DNA from: Candidatus Humimicrobiaceae bacterium | GTDB lineage: Bacteria > Patescibacteriota > Minisyncoccia > Minisyncoccales > DG-74-1 | Direction of reading: 5' to 3' | DNA: 64,000 nucleotides | NCBI GenBank assembly: GCA_035530555.1 | Contig: DATKUR010000003.1 | Span: forward strand, 19,184-83,183 | Shown here: positions 20,195 to 27,263 of the stretch, piece after piece | Layout: every line of letters begins with the position of its first letter | Position numbering within the stretch: position 1 is the first letter of the stretch | The notes under the pieces: model-generated | Databases searched by the model: none | What the model saw: only the letters and a program-made list of their open reading frames with translations | What the model was told of the DNA's origin: nothing | Program-made: the position numbers and the translations under genes

Positions 20195-21883
20195 ATGGAG
20201 GAACTCTTATCTAACAAATCAGGAAAAAAAATCATTTTACTTGGAAATGAAGCGATTGTCAGGGGCGCCCTCGAATCGGGCGTTCAGTTTGTTTCTACTT
20301 ATCCCGGAACCCCCTCTTCAGAAATTGGCAACACTTTCTTTAAAATTGCCCCTAAAACCGGGGTCTATTTTGAATTCTCTACCAATGAAAAAGTAGCTTT
20401 AGAAGCAGCTATCGGTGCTTCTTTTTCCGGACTGAAGACTTTGATGGCCATGAAAAATTTCGGGACAAATGTTGCCTTAGACGCCTTACTCCCTTTTGTC
20501 TATACGGGAACTAAAGCTCCGACAGTAATAATATCTGCTGATGATCCTTCCTGTCACAGTTCAGCTCAATCAGAAGAGAATACCAGGGGGATTTCTTATT
20601 TGGCGCATATTCCAACCTTAGAGCCGGCCGATCCGCAAGAATGTAAGGATTTTGTTAAATTAGGTTTCCAGATTTCAGAAAAGTTTAAAATTCCGGTAAT
20701 GATAAGAACGACCACCAGGGTGGCTCATCAAAGAGGCATAGTAACCTTGAATAAAGTCCAATTCTCAAAATCAAAAACCCCAAAAGGCAGATTTATTAAA
20801 GATTATAAAAAGTTTGTTACTCTGCCCCCGAGAGTTATGGAAATGAAAACAGAACTTTTAGAAAAACTTGAGAAAATAAAAGATTTTGCTGAGAAATCCC
20901 ATATCAACAAACAGTCATCAAGAAAATCGAACTACGGTATTATTACGTCGGGCATATCTTATTTATATGTAATGGAAGCGTTGAAGGAGTTGAATTTAGA
21001 TTTACCAGTTTTAAAACTGGGATTTTTTTATCCTTTGCCAGAAAAGAAAATTAAAAACTTTATTAGCCGAGCCTCTCGCCAGAGAGGCAAGGCTAGAGAT
21101 GAGGGCTTTACTCTTAGCGATCAAAAGCTTAAGAAAATCTTGATAGTTGAAGAATTAGAGCCATTTTTAGAAAAAGAAGTCAAGATATTGGCTAAAGAAG
21201 TAAATTGTAAATTAGAAGTGGTTGGTAAAAAGTTAATTTCCGAAGTCAACGAATTAAAACCCGGGATTGTCACCTCGGCTGTTGCTAAATTTACAAACAG
21301 AAAATACAAAATGCCATCTGTTAAATTAAAAATACAAGCTCCTAAACGTTTTCCTCAGCTTTGTCCCGGCTGCCCTTACTGGCTGGTTATTTCAGCTGTA
21401 AAAAAGGCAGTTGATACAAAAAATGTTATTTTTGGAGGAGAAATTGGCTGCTATATGCTCTTTGGTAACCCGCCGGTTGACCTTCAGGATTATTTATCTT
21501 GTATGGGTTCTTCAGTCGGTATCGCTCACGGAATTAAAAAATCTACCGGACAAAAGGTAATTGCTTTTGTCGGCGATTCCTCTTTTTTTCATTCCGGTAT
21601 TCCGCCTTTAATTAATACTGTTTTTAATAAATCAAATCCCTTAATAATAATTTTGAATAACGAAACGACTGCTATGACCGGCCACCAGCCTCATCCTGGC
21701 GCTCCGGTCACTCCCAACGGAATTAATATTGAAAATATTGTCAGGGGTTGCGGGGTGAAATACGTAAAAACGCTTGACCCCGTAAATCAGGAAGAATTTG
21801 TTCAAACCGTAAAAGAATTTTTAGAGAAACCGGAGGTTTCAGTAATAATTTCTAAAAGAGCATGTATTCAGATAAAAAAATAA
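20195..21883 (+). CDS. iorA: Indolepyruvate:ferredoxin oxidoreductase alpha subunit, lacking the C-terminal ferredoxin domain
   Basis: LLGNEAIVRG, YPGTPSSE, NEKVALE, LCPGCP and the TPP motif GDS..FHSG...N..TAMTGHQP. Confidence 0.9.
   Translation: MEELLSNKSGKKIILLGNEAIVRGALESGVQFVSTYPGTPSSEIGNTFFKIAPKTGVYFEFSTNEKVALEAAIGASFSGLKTLMAMKNFGTNVALDALLPFVYTGTKAPTVIISADDPSCHSSAQSEENTRGISYLAHIPTLEPADPQECKDFVKLGFQISEKFKIPVMIRTTTRVAHQRGIVTLNKVQFSKSKTPKGRFIKDYKKFVTLPPRVMEMKTELLEKLEKIKDFAEKSHINKQSSRKSNYGIITSGISYLYVMEALKELNLDLPVLKLGFFYPLPEKKIKNFISRASRQRGKARDEGFTLSDQKLKKILIVEELEPFLEKEVKILAKEVNCKLEVVGKKLISEVNELKPGIVTSAVAKFTNRKYKMPSVKLKIQAPKRFPQLCPGCPYWLVISAVKKAVDTKNVIFGGEIGCYMLFGNPPVDLQDYLSCMGSSVGIAHGIKKSTGQKVIAFVGDSSFFHSGIPPLINTVFNKSNPLIIILNNETTAMTGHQPHPGAPVTPNGINIENIVRGCGVKYVKTLDPVNQEEFVQTVKEFLEKPEVSVIISKRACIQIKK
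21065..21123 (+). repeat. Short palindromic element (family A), in frame inside iorA
   Basis: AGCCGAGC...GGCTAGAGATGAGGGC...ATCA aligns with the intergenic copy at 45391-45450; encodes about SRASRQRGKARDEGFTLSDQ. Confidence 0.75.
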
Positions 21884-21884
21884 G

Positions 21885-22014
21885 CCCCGTTAGAAGTTTG
21901 CCGGGGTCAAACATGTTAAAACTTGAACAATTACTTTATTTTGTTAAACTCGTGCCAAAAAAGAACCTTCCAGTCTTTTTGGGCGGATAATACATATGCA
22001 AACTTCTAACGGGG
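21885..22014. mobile_element. MITE-like 130-bp element with perfect 17-bp terminal inverted repeats
   Basis: CCCCGTTAGAAGTTTGC (21885-21901) and GCAAACTTCTAACGGGG (21998-22014). No clear target-site duplication. Confidence 0.7.
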
Positions 22015-22583
22015 TAGACCAATTTAATATGGTAATAGTTGGTACAGGTGGGCAAGGATTAATCACTCTTTTGCAGATTATTGCTGAAGCTGCTTTATTT
22101 GAAGGGCTTGACATAAAGACTTCTGAGCTTCACGGCTTATCTCAAAGAGGTGGCTCTGTCGAGGTTCATATCAAGCTTGGCAAGAAAGTTTACTCTCCCT
22201 TAATACCTCAAGGAAGAGCTGATTTGGTTTTGGGACTGGAAATGCAGGAAACTTTGCGGGCAGTCAATTTCGCCAATCAAAAAACAAAGCTTTTAATCAA
22301 CAGACATATTATCCCTATTCCCTTGGTAAAAAATCTGGCCGAGAAAGAAATTTTAGACAGCTTAAAGAAGATTAGTAAGAACATTAATCTGATTTCGGCA
22401 TCGGAAATCTGTAAAGAAAAACTTGGTAGTGACGTGGTCTCTGGGATCTATTTAATGAGCTTGGCTGTTTTTAAAGGACTAATTCCGATTAAACCGAGTT
22501 CTATTGAAAAAGCGATTAAAAAAATAATTCCCGATAAATATCTGGGATTAAACCTTAAAACCTTCAATTTAGCGAAAAGCTAA
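21996..22583 (+). CDS. iorB: Indolepyruvate:ferredoxin oxidoreductase beta subunit
   Basis: GTGGQG and SELHGLSQRGGSV; directly follows iorA. Confidence 0.92.
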   Translation: MQTSNGVDQFNMVIVGTGGQGLITLLQIIAEAALFEGLDIKTSELHGLSQRGGSVEVHIKLGKKVYSPLIPQGRADLVLGLEMQETLRAVNFANQKTKLLINRHIIPIPLVKNLAEKEILDSLKKISKNINLISASEICKEKLGSDVVSGIYLMSLAVFKGLIPIKPSSIEKAIKKIIPDKYLGLNLKTFNLAKS

Positions 22584-22589
22584 CCTAAA

Positions 22590-22614
22590 GGTTCGAATCC
22601 CATCCCTGGAGCCA
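22590..22614 (+). pseudogene. Orphan tRNA 3' fragment (T-loop to CCA; tRNA-Asn-like), possible att site
   Basis: GGTTCGAATCCCAT-CCCTGGA-G-CCA. No 5' half upstream; iorB ends 6 nt before it. Asn is inferred only from the implied TCC 5' end and the G discriminator. Confidence 0.7.
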
Positions 22615-22687
22615 ACAGGAACACTTTCCTTAGTCAGTACTTTCTGTTATGCTTAGAGAATAATTAACTAATTAATAAAACACATAT

Positions 22688-22810
22688 ATGGCAAAAAGAA
22701 GCACGGGACTAGATAAACATAGAAAAACACATTCCCATAAAACCAAGAAGCGATTAGAAATAAAGCGGCTTATGCTTGAAGCCAAGGCAAACAAAAGAAA
22801 GCATAAATAA
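22688..22810 (+). CDS. Small basic protein, 40 aa (not in the ORF track)
   Basis: MAKRSTGLDKHRKTHSHKTKKRLEIKRLMLEAKANKRKHK; ATG follows an A-rich leader and the ORF ends just before repeat R1. Confidence 0.65.
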   Translation: MAKRSTGLDKHRKTHSHKTKKRLEIKRLMLEAKANKRKHK

Positions 22811-22820
22811 AGTTTATTAA

Positions 22821-22841
22821 AAACAGGGTCTAACATCGTCC
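22821..22841 (+). repeat. Cassette-boundary repeat R1
   Basis: AAACAGGGTCTAACATCGTCC. Confidence 0.85.
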
Positions 22842-22898
22842 CTCCGCCAGCTGGCGTCGGGGGAGCACTTCGACAAGCTCAGTGTAAACCATAATTTT

Positions 22899-22924
22899 CC
22901 GCCTATTTATTTAGGCGGTTTTTT
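22899..22924 (+). terminator. Intrinsic terminator
   Basis: CCGCCTA-TTTATT-TAGGCGG followed by a T-run. Confidence 0.8.
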
Positions 22925-22938
22925 AATATTTTTATATC

Positions 22939-23009
22939 TGTGGATAAATGCTCTTGACAATATATTAGAATAATATAACATTAAGTTAGGTCGATATAAC
23001 ATAATGTTA
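22939..23009 (+). promoter_or_regulatory. Promoter with tandem operator-like repeats and a DnaA-box match
   Basis: TGTGGATAA at 22939-47 and TTGACA at 22954-59. ATATAACATTAAGTTA (22973-88) and ATATAACATAATGTTA (22994-23009) are 21 bp apart. Confidence 0.6.
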
Positions 23010-23038
23010 CAATTAAATAACTAAATTGATTAAAAAAT

Positions 23039-23476
23039 ATGAAAAAAGATAAAATCCGTTTAATTTTAATAACGACGGGAACAATTTTACTACTGATTGC
23101 CTTGGCATTATACGGATACACGGCCCTTATAAAAAAAGAAGCAACTCCTAGAGGGTTAATTCCCATTTTAATTCCATTGATTGTTATTATTTTTATGATG
23201 TTTTTCATTGGTAAAAGATACAAAGACGTAAAAGAAGGCATGCCTATGGAAGACGAAAGATCCAAAAAGGTCATAACGCAGGCCGCGGCCAAAAGTTTTT
23301 ATTTTTCGTTATACTGGCTGCTTGCGATTTCCTGGTTTGAACCCTTTTTTGCTAGAGTATTGTTCGGTGGGGAAAAACTAGATGCTGGTCAGACTGTGGG
23401 CGGCGGGATCGCCGGCATGGCAATTTTCTTTTTTATATTTTGGTTTTATTACGATAAAAAAGGCAAGTTAATTTAA
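23039..23476 (+). CDS. DUF2178-like membrane protein
   Basis: Four TM segments and the G.P.EDERS...AA motif; paired with the HTH gene downstream. Confidence 0.75.
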   Translation: MKKDKIRLILITTGTILLLIALALYGYTALIKKEATPRGLIPILIPLIVIIFMMFFIGKRYKDVKEGMPMEDERSKKVITQAAAKSFYFSLYWLLAISWFEPFFARVLFGGEKLDAGQTVGGGIAGMAIFFFIFWFYYDKKGKLI

Positions 23477-23482
23477 TCCACC

Positions 23483-23677
23483 ATGAAAAACAGGATAAAA
23501 GAATTCAGGGCAAAATATGATTTGACCCAGGAAGATCTGGCAAAGAAAGTCGGCGTAAGGCGGGAAACGATCGTTTATTTAGAGCAGAACAAATACAACC
23601 CGTCTCTTAATCTTGCTCACGACGTAGTCAAAGCGTTGAAAACAACGATTGACGAGCTATTTGATTTTAGGGATTAA
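23483..23677 (+). CDS. XRE/Cro-type HTH transcriptional regulator
   Basis: MKNRIKEFR...[27 protein letters not shown]. Confidence 0.93.
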   Translation: MKNRIKEFRAKYDLTQEDLAKKVGVRRETIVYLEQNKYNPSLNLAHDVVKALKTTIDELFDFRD

Positions 23678-23698
23678 AATAATAGATAGTGATATTGT

Positions 23699-23732
23699 AA
23701 ACAGGTTCTAACGTCGTCCGTCCCCCGGAGCC
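23699..23732 (+). repeat. Cassette-boundary repeat R2 with tRNA-like tail
   Basis: AAACAGGTTCTAACGTCGTCC-GTCCCCCGGAGCC. Confidence 0.85.
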
Positions 23733-23740
23733 CCAATTTC

Positions 23741-23777
23741 CCGCCGCTTTCTCAAGAAGGCGGTTTTTTGGTAGAAT
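23741..23777 (+). terminator. Terminator hairpin fused to an extended -10 box
   Basis: CCGCC...GGCGG-TTTTTT, then TG-G-TAGAAT 6 nt before the ATG at 23784. Confidence 0.65.
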
Positions 23778-23783
23778 AGGATA

Positions 23784-24749
23784 ATGGAAATTAAAGAAAT
23801 CAAAATAGAAAATTTAGACCCCAAGGAATTTATAAGAGAAAAGATAGAAGAGATTTCTTCTATTATGGGGAATGATTTGGCCATTAACGCTTTGTCTGGT
23901 GGTGTTGACTCTTCAACCGTGACAATGTTGGGTCACAAAGCCTTAGGCGATAAACTTAAGACATATTTTATTGACAATGGATTAATGAGACAGAATGAAC
24001 CTCAGCAGATTGCTTCAGCCTTTAAGAGCTTGGGTGTTCAGGTGGAGATAATTAATGCTCAAGAAAAATTTTTTAGTGCCTTAAAAGACATAAGAAACCC
24101 AGAAGAAAAAAGAGAAGCTATTACCCAAACATTTTATAAAGATGTATTTGGTAAGCTTGTAATAGAAAACGATGCTAAATATCTTCTACAAGGAACTATT
24201 TTAACTGACATAGATGAAACTATCGCTAGCATCAAGAGACAGCATAATGTTTTTGAACAACTGGGCATTGATCCCGAAAGAGTATTTGGATATAAGATTA
24301 TAGAACCTTTAATACAGCTTCGAAAGGATGGAGTAAGAAAGGTAGCTGAGGCAATTGGATTGCCAGAATCTATATATAATAGAATGCCCTTTTGTGGTCC
24401 AGCCTTGGCTGCAAGAGTAATTGGAGAAGTAACCCCCGAAAGAATAGAGGTTGTAAGAAAGGCCACCGCTATTATTGAAAACGAGTTAAGCAATACTAAT
24501 TCTTTTCAGTATATGGCAATTTTACATAATGATAGAGTTACGGGGATACGAAACGGAAAAAGAGACTTCGGTTTCCAAATCGAACTTAGGTGCTGGGATA
24601 GCATTGACGCAAGAACAGCAATTCCGACTAGATTGCCTTATAATACTTTGGAGCAATTAGCTCAAAAAATAACAACTGAAATTCTTGGTGTAGTAAGTGT
24701 AACCTACAATATAACTCCGAAACCTCCTTCAACCATGGAAGCTGTTTAA
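23784..24749 (+). CDS. GMP synthase, stand-alone ATP-pyrophosphatase subunit (subunit B type)
   Basis: ALSGGVDS, DNGLMR, NPEEKR, LQGT..TD, IKRQHNV and YNITPKPPSTME. No glutaminase domain. Confidence 0.9.
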   Translation: MEIKEIKIENLDPKEFIREKIEEISSIMGNDLAINALSGGVDSSTVTMLGHKALGDKLKTYFIDNGLMRQNEPQQIASAFKSLGVQVEIINAQEKFFSALKDIRNPEEKREAITQTFYKDVFGKLVIENDAKYLLQGTILTDIDETIASIKRQHNVFEQLGIDPERVFGYKIIEPLIQLRKDGVRKVAEAIGLPESIYNRMPFCGPALAARVIGEVTPERIEVVRKATAIIENELSNTNSFQYMAILHNDRVTGIRNGKRDFGFQIELRCWDSIDARTAIPTRLPYNTLEQLAQKITTEILGVVSVTYNITPKPPSTMEAV

Positions 24750-24830
24750 CTATTTTTTCTTTAAAATAGCTTCTAAAATCATCTAGCCAAAGGAATTAAA
24801 GTTGATTTTTCAATCCCAAATCCTTCCAAA

Positions 24831-24862
24831 AACCAAGTTCTAATATTGTACCATCCCTGGAG
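24831..24862 (+). repeat. Cassette-boundary repeat R3 with tRNA tail
   Basis: AACCAAGTTCTAATATTGTACCATCCCTGGAG; the last 12 bp are identical to 22600-22611. Confidence 0.8.
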
Positions 24863-24894
24863 TAGGCTTGTGCTCGGTTCTTGTGACCGAGCCG

Positions 24895-24918
24895 CCCCGA
24901 AAGTTTTCTCGGGGTTTT
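24895..24918 (+). terminator. Intrinsic terminator
   Basis: CCCCGA-AAGTTTTC-TCGGGG-TTTT. Confidence 0.65.
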
Positions 24919-24940
24919 GTGTTAAAATACCTAATATACT

Positions 24941-25216
24941 ATGATTGATATTATTTTATCGTTGATTGGCGGAATCATTATAGGTTGTTTAATTAAACTG
25001 AAAGAATCTCAGAAAATTTTACTTGAAAGGAGTTATACTGTTGTAATTTTCTTATTGATTTTTTTTATGGGATTAGCGGTCGGTTTAAACAAATCTATTT
25101 TCCAGAATTTGCCTAAAATTGGTGGATACGCAATATTGTTTTCAATCTTTACAATTATTGGAAGTATTGCTGGGGTAATTATTTTAGAGAAAACAAAAAT
25201 AACGAGATTAAAATGA
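24941..25216 (+). CDS. LysO/DUF340 family exporter, small subunit
   Basis: Three TM segments and LLIFFMGLAVG; overlaps the next gene. Confidence 0.8.
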   Translation: MIDIILSLIGGIIIGCLIKLKESQKILLERSYTVVIFLLIFFMGLAVGLNKSIFQNLPKIGGYAILFSIFTIIGSIAGVIILEKTKITRLK

Positions 25217-25812
25217 TAGTCTTAATTTTATCTGCATTGGTTATTGGGATAGGAATGGCTTTCTTTAATTTGACCCCTCCTGGTTTAATTAATTACATAG
25301 ACTCAATCTTGAGGTTTCTGCTAATTATTTTATTGTTTCTTGTTGGAATTGATATTGGAACTAATAAGAAAGCCATATTCGGGCTTAAAAAAATGGGCTT
25401 TAGAATATTGCTTATTCCTGCAGTCATAATTGCGGGGAGCTTGACCGGGGGATTATTATTGAGTTTCTTTATAAACTTTTCTATTTTTAAATCATTGGCG
25501 ATAGCTTCGGGAATGGGTTATTATACTTTATCAAGTATAATTTTAACTCAAATGGTTGGTAGTGAATTGGGAACAATGGCATTCCTGTCGAATATTATAA
25601 GAGAAATTTTGACAATTATCATTACTCCTTTTATTTCGAAGAAAAGCCAGCTATCGCCGATTGCGGCCGGTGGAGCAACATCAATGGATACGACCCTTCC
25701 TGTAATCGTTAGATTTACTTCAAAAACAGTTGGACTGATTTCAATAATTAGCGGAGTTATTATTACTTTTTTGGTTCCGTTATTAGTTACTTTTTTTGCA
25801 GGATTAATATAG
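25213..25812 (+). CDS. Lysine exporter LysO family protein
   Basis: LLFLVGIDIG, SGMGYYTLS, AFLSNIIRE and GGATSMDTTLP. Confidence 0.9.
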   Translation: MIVLILSALVIGIGMAFFNLTPPGLINYIDSILRFLLIILLFLVGIDIGTNKKAIFGLKKMGFRILLIPAVIIAGSLTGGLLLSFFINFSIFKSLAIASGMGYYTLSSIILTQMVGSELGTMAFLSNIIREILTIIITPFISKKSQLSPIAAGGATSMDTTLPVIVRFTSKTVGLISIISGVIITFLVPLLVTFFAGLI

Positions 25813-25860
25813 TATTTATTCCATATCGCCAAGAAGGCGGTTTTTTGCTAAAATGAAAGC

Positions 25861-26367
25861 ATGAAAATAATTGGTATATCTGGAAGCCCCAGAGACAAAA
25901 ATACAAATTATATGTTGAGGACAGTTCTTGACGCAACTAATCAAAAGTACGAATTAATTCTTTTGAAAGATAAAAAAATTCAACCCTGTAATGCCTGTAG
26001 AAAATGCTCTGGAACTAATAATTGTATTATCAATGACGATATGCAGGAAATATATAAGAAATTATCAGAGGCAAATATCATTGTTTTGGGAAGTCCAACT
26101 TATTTTGATAATGTTACCGGAATAATGAAGAATTTCATTGATAGATGCCTGCCCTTTTATGCTGCTAGAAAATTAGAAGGTAAAAAAGTGGCCTTAGTTA
26201 CAGTTGGGAATGGCGATGATAATTCTGTAAAAGGATGCATAAGAGCATTAGAGGGTTTTTGTAAACATATGAGGCTCCAGATCGTTGAAAGCGTTTATGC
26301 AACCCATGACAATACTCAAGCCAAAGAAGAAGAGTTAATTCAATTAGGGGGAAAACTTACTTTTTAG
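25861..26367 (+). CDS. Flavodoxin family / iron-sulfur flavoprotein
   Basis: GISGSPR..NT, C..C..C.....C...DDM and GSPTYF. Confidence 0.9.
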   Translation: MKIIGISGSPRDKNTNYMLRTVLDATNQKYELILLKDKKIQPCNACRKCSGTNNCIINDDMQEIYKKLSEANIIVLGSPTYFDNVTGIMKNFIDRCLPFYAARKLEGKKVALVTVGNGDDNSVKGCIRALEGFCKHMRLQIVESVYATHDNTQAKEEELIQLGGKLTF

Positions 26368-26397
26368 TTGTTCTTATTTGCGGAGTTTTTTTATTCC

Positions 26398-26429
26398 AGA
26401 TAGATTCTAACGTCGTCCGTCCCTCGGAG
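26398..26429 (+). repeat. Cassette-boundary repeat R4 with tRNA-like tail
   Basis: AGATAGATTCTAACGTCGTCC-GTCCCTCGGAG, running into a hairpin at 26422-26452. Confidence 0.85.
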
Positions 26430-26512
26430 TCGCAAATTTTACGACTCGGAGGCCTTGATTTTTTTTATAGAATATTTTATATCTAAATAAGAAGATTGCA
26501 CCCTTAAAAATT

Positions 26513-26575
26513 GAAAATGGGCGTAGATCTATCGAATAAACTAAGGAGGGTTAAGAAAATGGGCGTAGATCTATC
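26513..26575 (+). repeat. 21-bp direct repeat duplicating the gene start
   Basis: GAAAATGGGCGTAGATCTATC at 26513-33 and 26555-75. Confidence 0.9.
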
Positions 26576-27083
26576 TAACAAACCATGTGAAGTTGAAATG
26601 TATTGGCGGGGTAGCGAGGAATATATCCCTGAATTCTGGAAAAAAGAAGAACGAAAAGCAAGAAAAGAACATGAATGCTGTGAATGTAGAAGGACGATTC
26701 CAATTAGATCAAGATATCTTTATTTTGTCGGCAAGTGGCTTGATCCAGTCTGGGGGGAACCATTTTTTGACAACTACAAGATGTGTCTTAGTTGCGGCAG
26801 AGACTGGCAAACAGTAATAGCAGTATTTCAAGAAAACGGAGAAGAAGATGCCTGCGTTGTTTTTGAGAGACTTGAGAAAGCGATTAAGAATGCTTTTGAA
26901 TGCGGCTTTCTCAAAGAATATGACCCGCTGGTTCAAAGATGGCTCCCGGATGTTATTGAGTCCCAAACAGAAGAGGAAGCAGAAGTCAATCTTTGGAAAG
27001 CAATAGAAATTTCTGCTGTAAGGAAAGGGTTACAACCAGTTCTTCCCGGACTATTCAAAACAGGTCCCCTAACAGCGAGTTAG
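26559..27083 (+). CDS. Hypothetical zinc-finger protein, phage-like
   Basis: KARKEHECCECRRTI...GKW...YKMCLSC. AAGGAGG at 26543-49 supports the start at 26559. Confidence 0.7.
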   Translation: MGVDLSNKPCEVEMYWRGSEEYIPEFWKKEERKARKEHECCECRRTIPIRSRYLYFVGKWLDPVWGEPFFDNYKMCLSCGRDWQTVIAVFQENGEEDACVVFERLEKAIKNAFECGFLKEYDPLVQRWLPDVIESQTEEEAEVNLWKAIEISAVRKGLQPVLPGLFKTGPLTAS

Positions 27084-27093
27084 GGGACTTTTT
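27064..27093 (+). terminator. Intrinsic terminator overlapping the stop codon
   Basis: GTCCCCTAAC-AGCGA-GTTAGGGGAC-TTTTT. Confidence 0.8.
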
Positions 27094-27145
27094 ATTTACT
27101 AAATATTCTCAAACCAAATCTATTATCTTAAGTCAAATAGTTAAT

Positions 27146-27166
27146 AGACAGGTTCTAACATCGTCC
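27146..27166 (+). repeat. Cassette-boundary repeat R5 (last copy)
   Basis: AGACAGGTTCTAACATCGTCC. Confidence 0.85.
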
Positions 27167-27263
27167 ATTAGGGGACCCTTCGATGCGACTCAGGATAAAC
27201 CCTGTCGAAAACCAAAAAATCGTCCCTAAGGCGATTTTAAAATATAATTTAATTCGTTAGGAG

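Noticed and set aside
22821-27166. CRISPR array
   Set aside because: The repeats are separated by 0.7-1.6 kb of whole genes rather than short spacers, and no cas genes are present.
22821-27166. Canonical integron attC sites
   Set aside because: TCTAAC resembles the R'' box, but I found no consistent complementary GTTRRRY or attC-type hairpin, and there is no intI in the window.
26993-27229. 78-aa ORF crossing repeat R5, as a possible recombinase remnant
   Set aside because: It overlaps the upstream gene and its terminator and has no recognisable recombinase motif.
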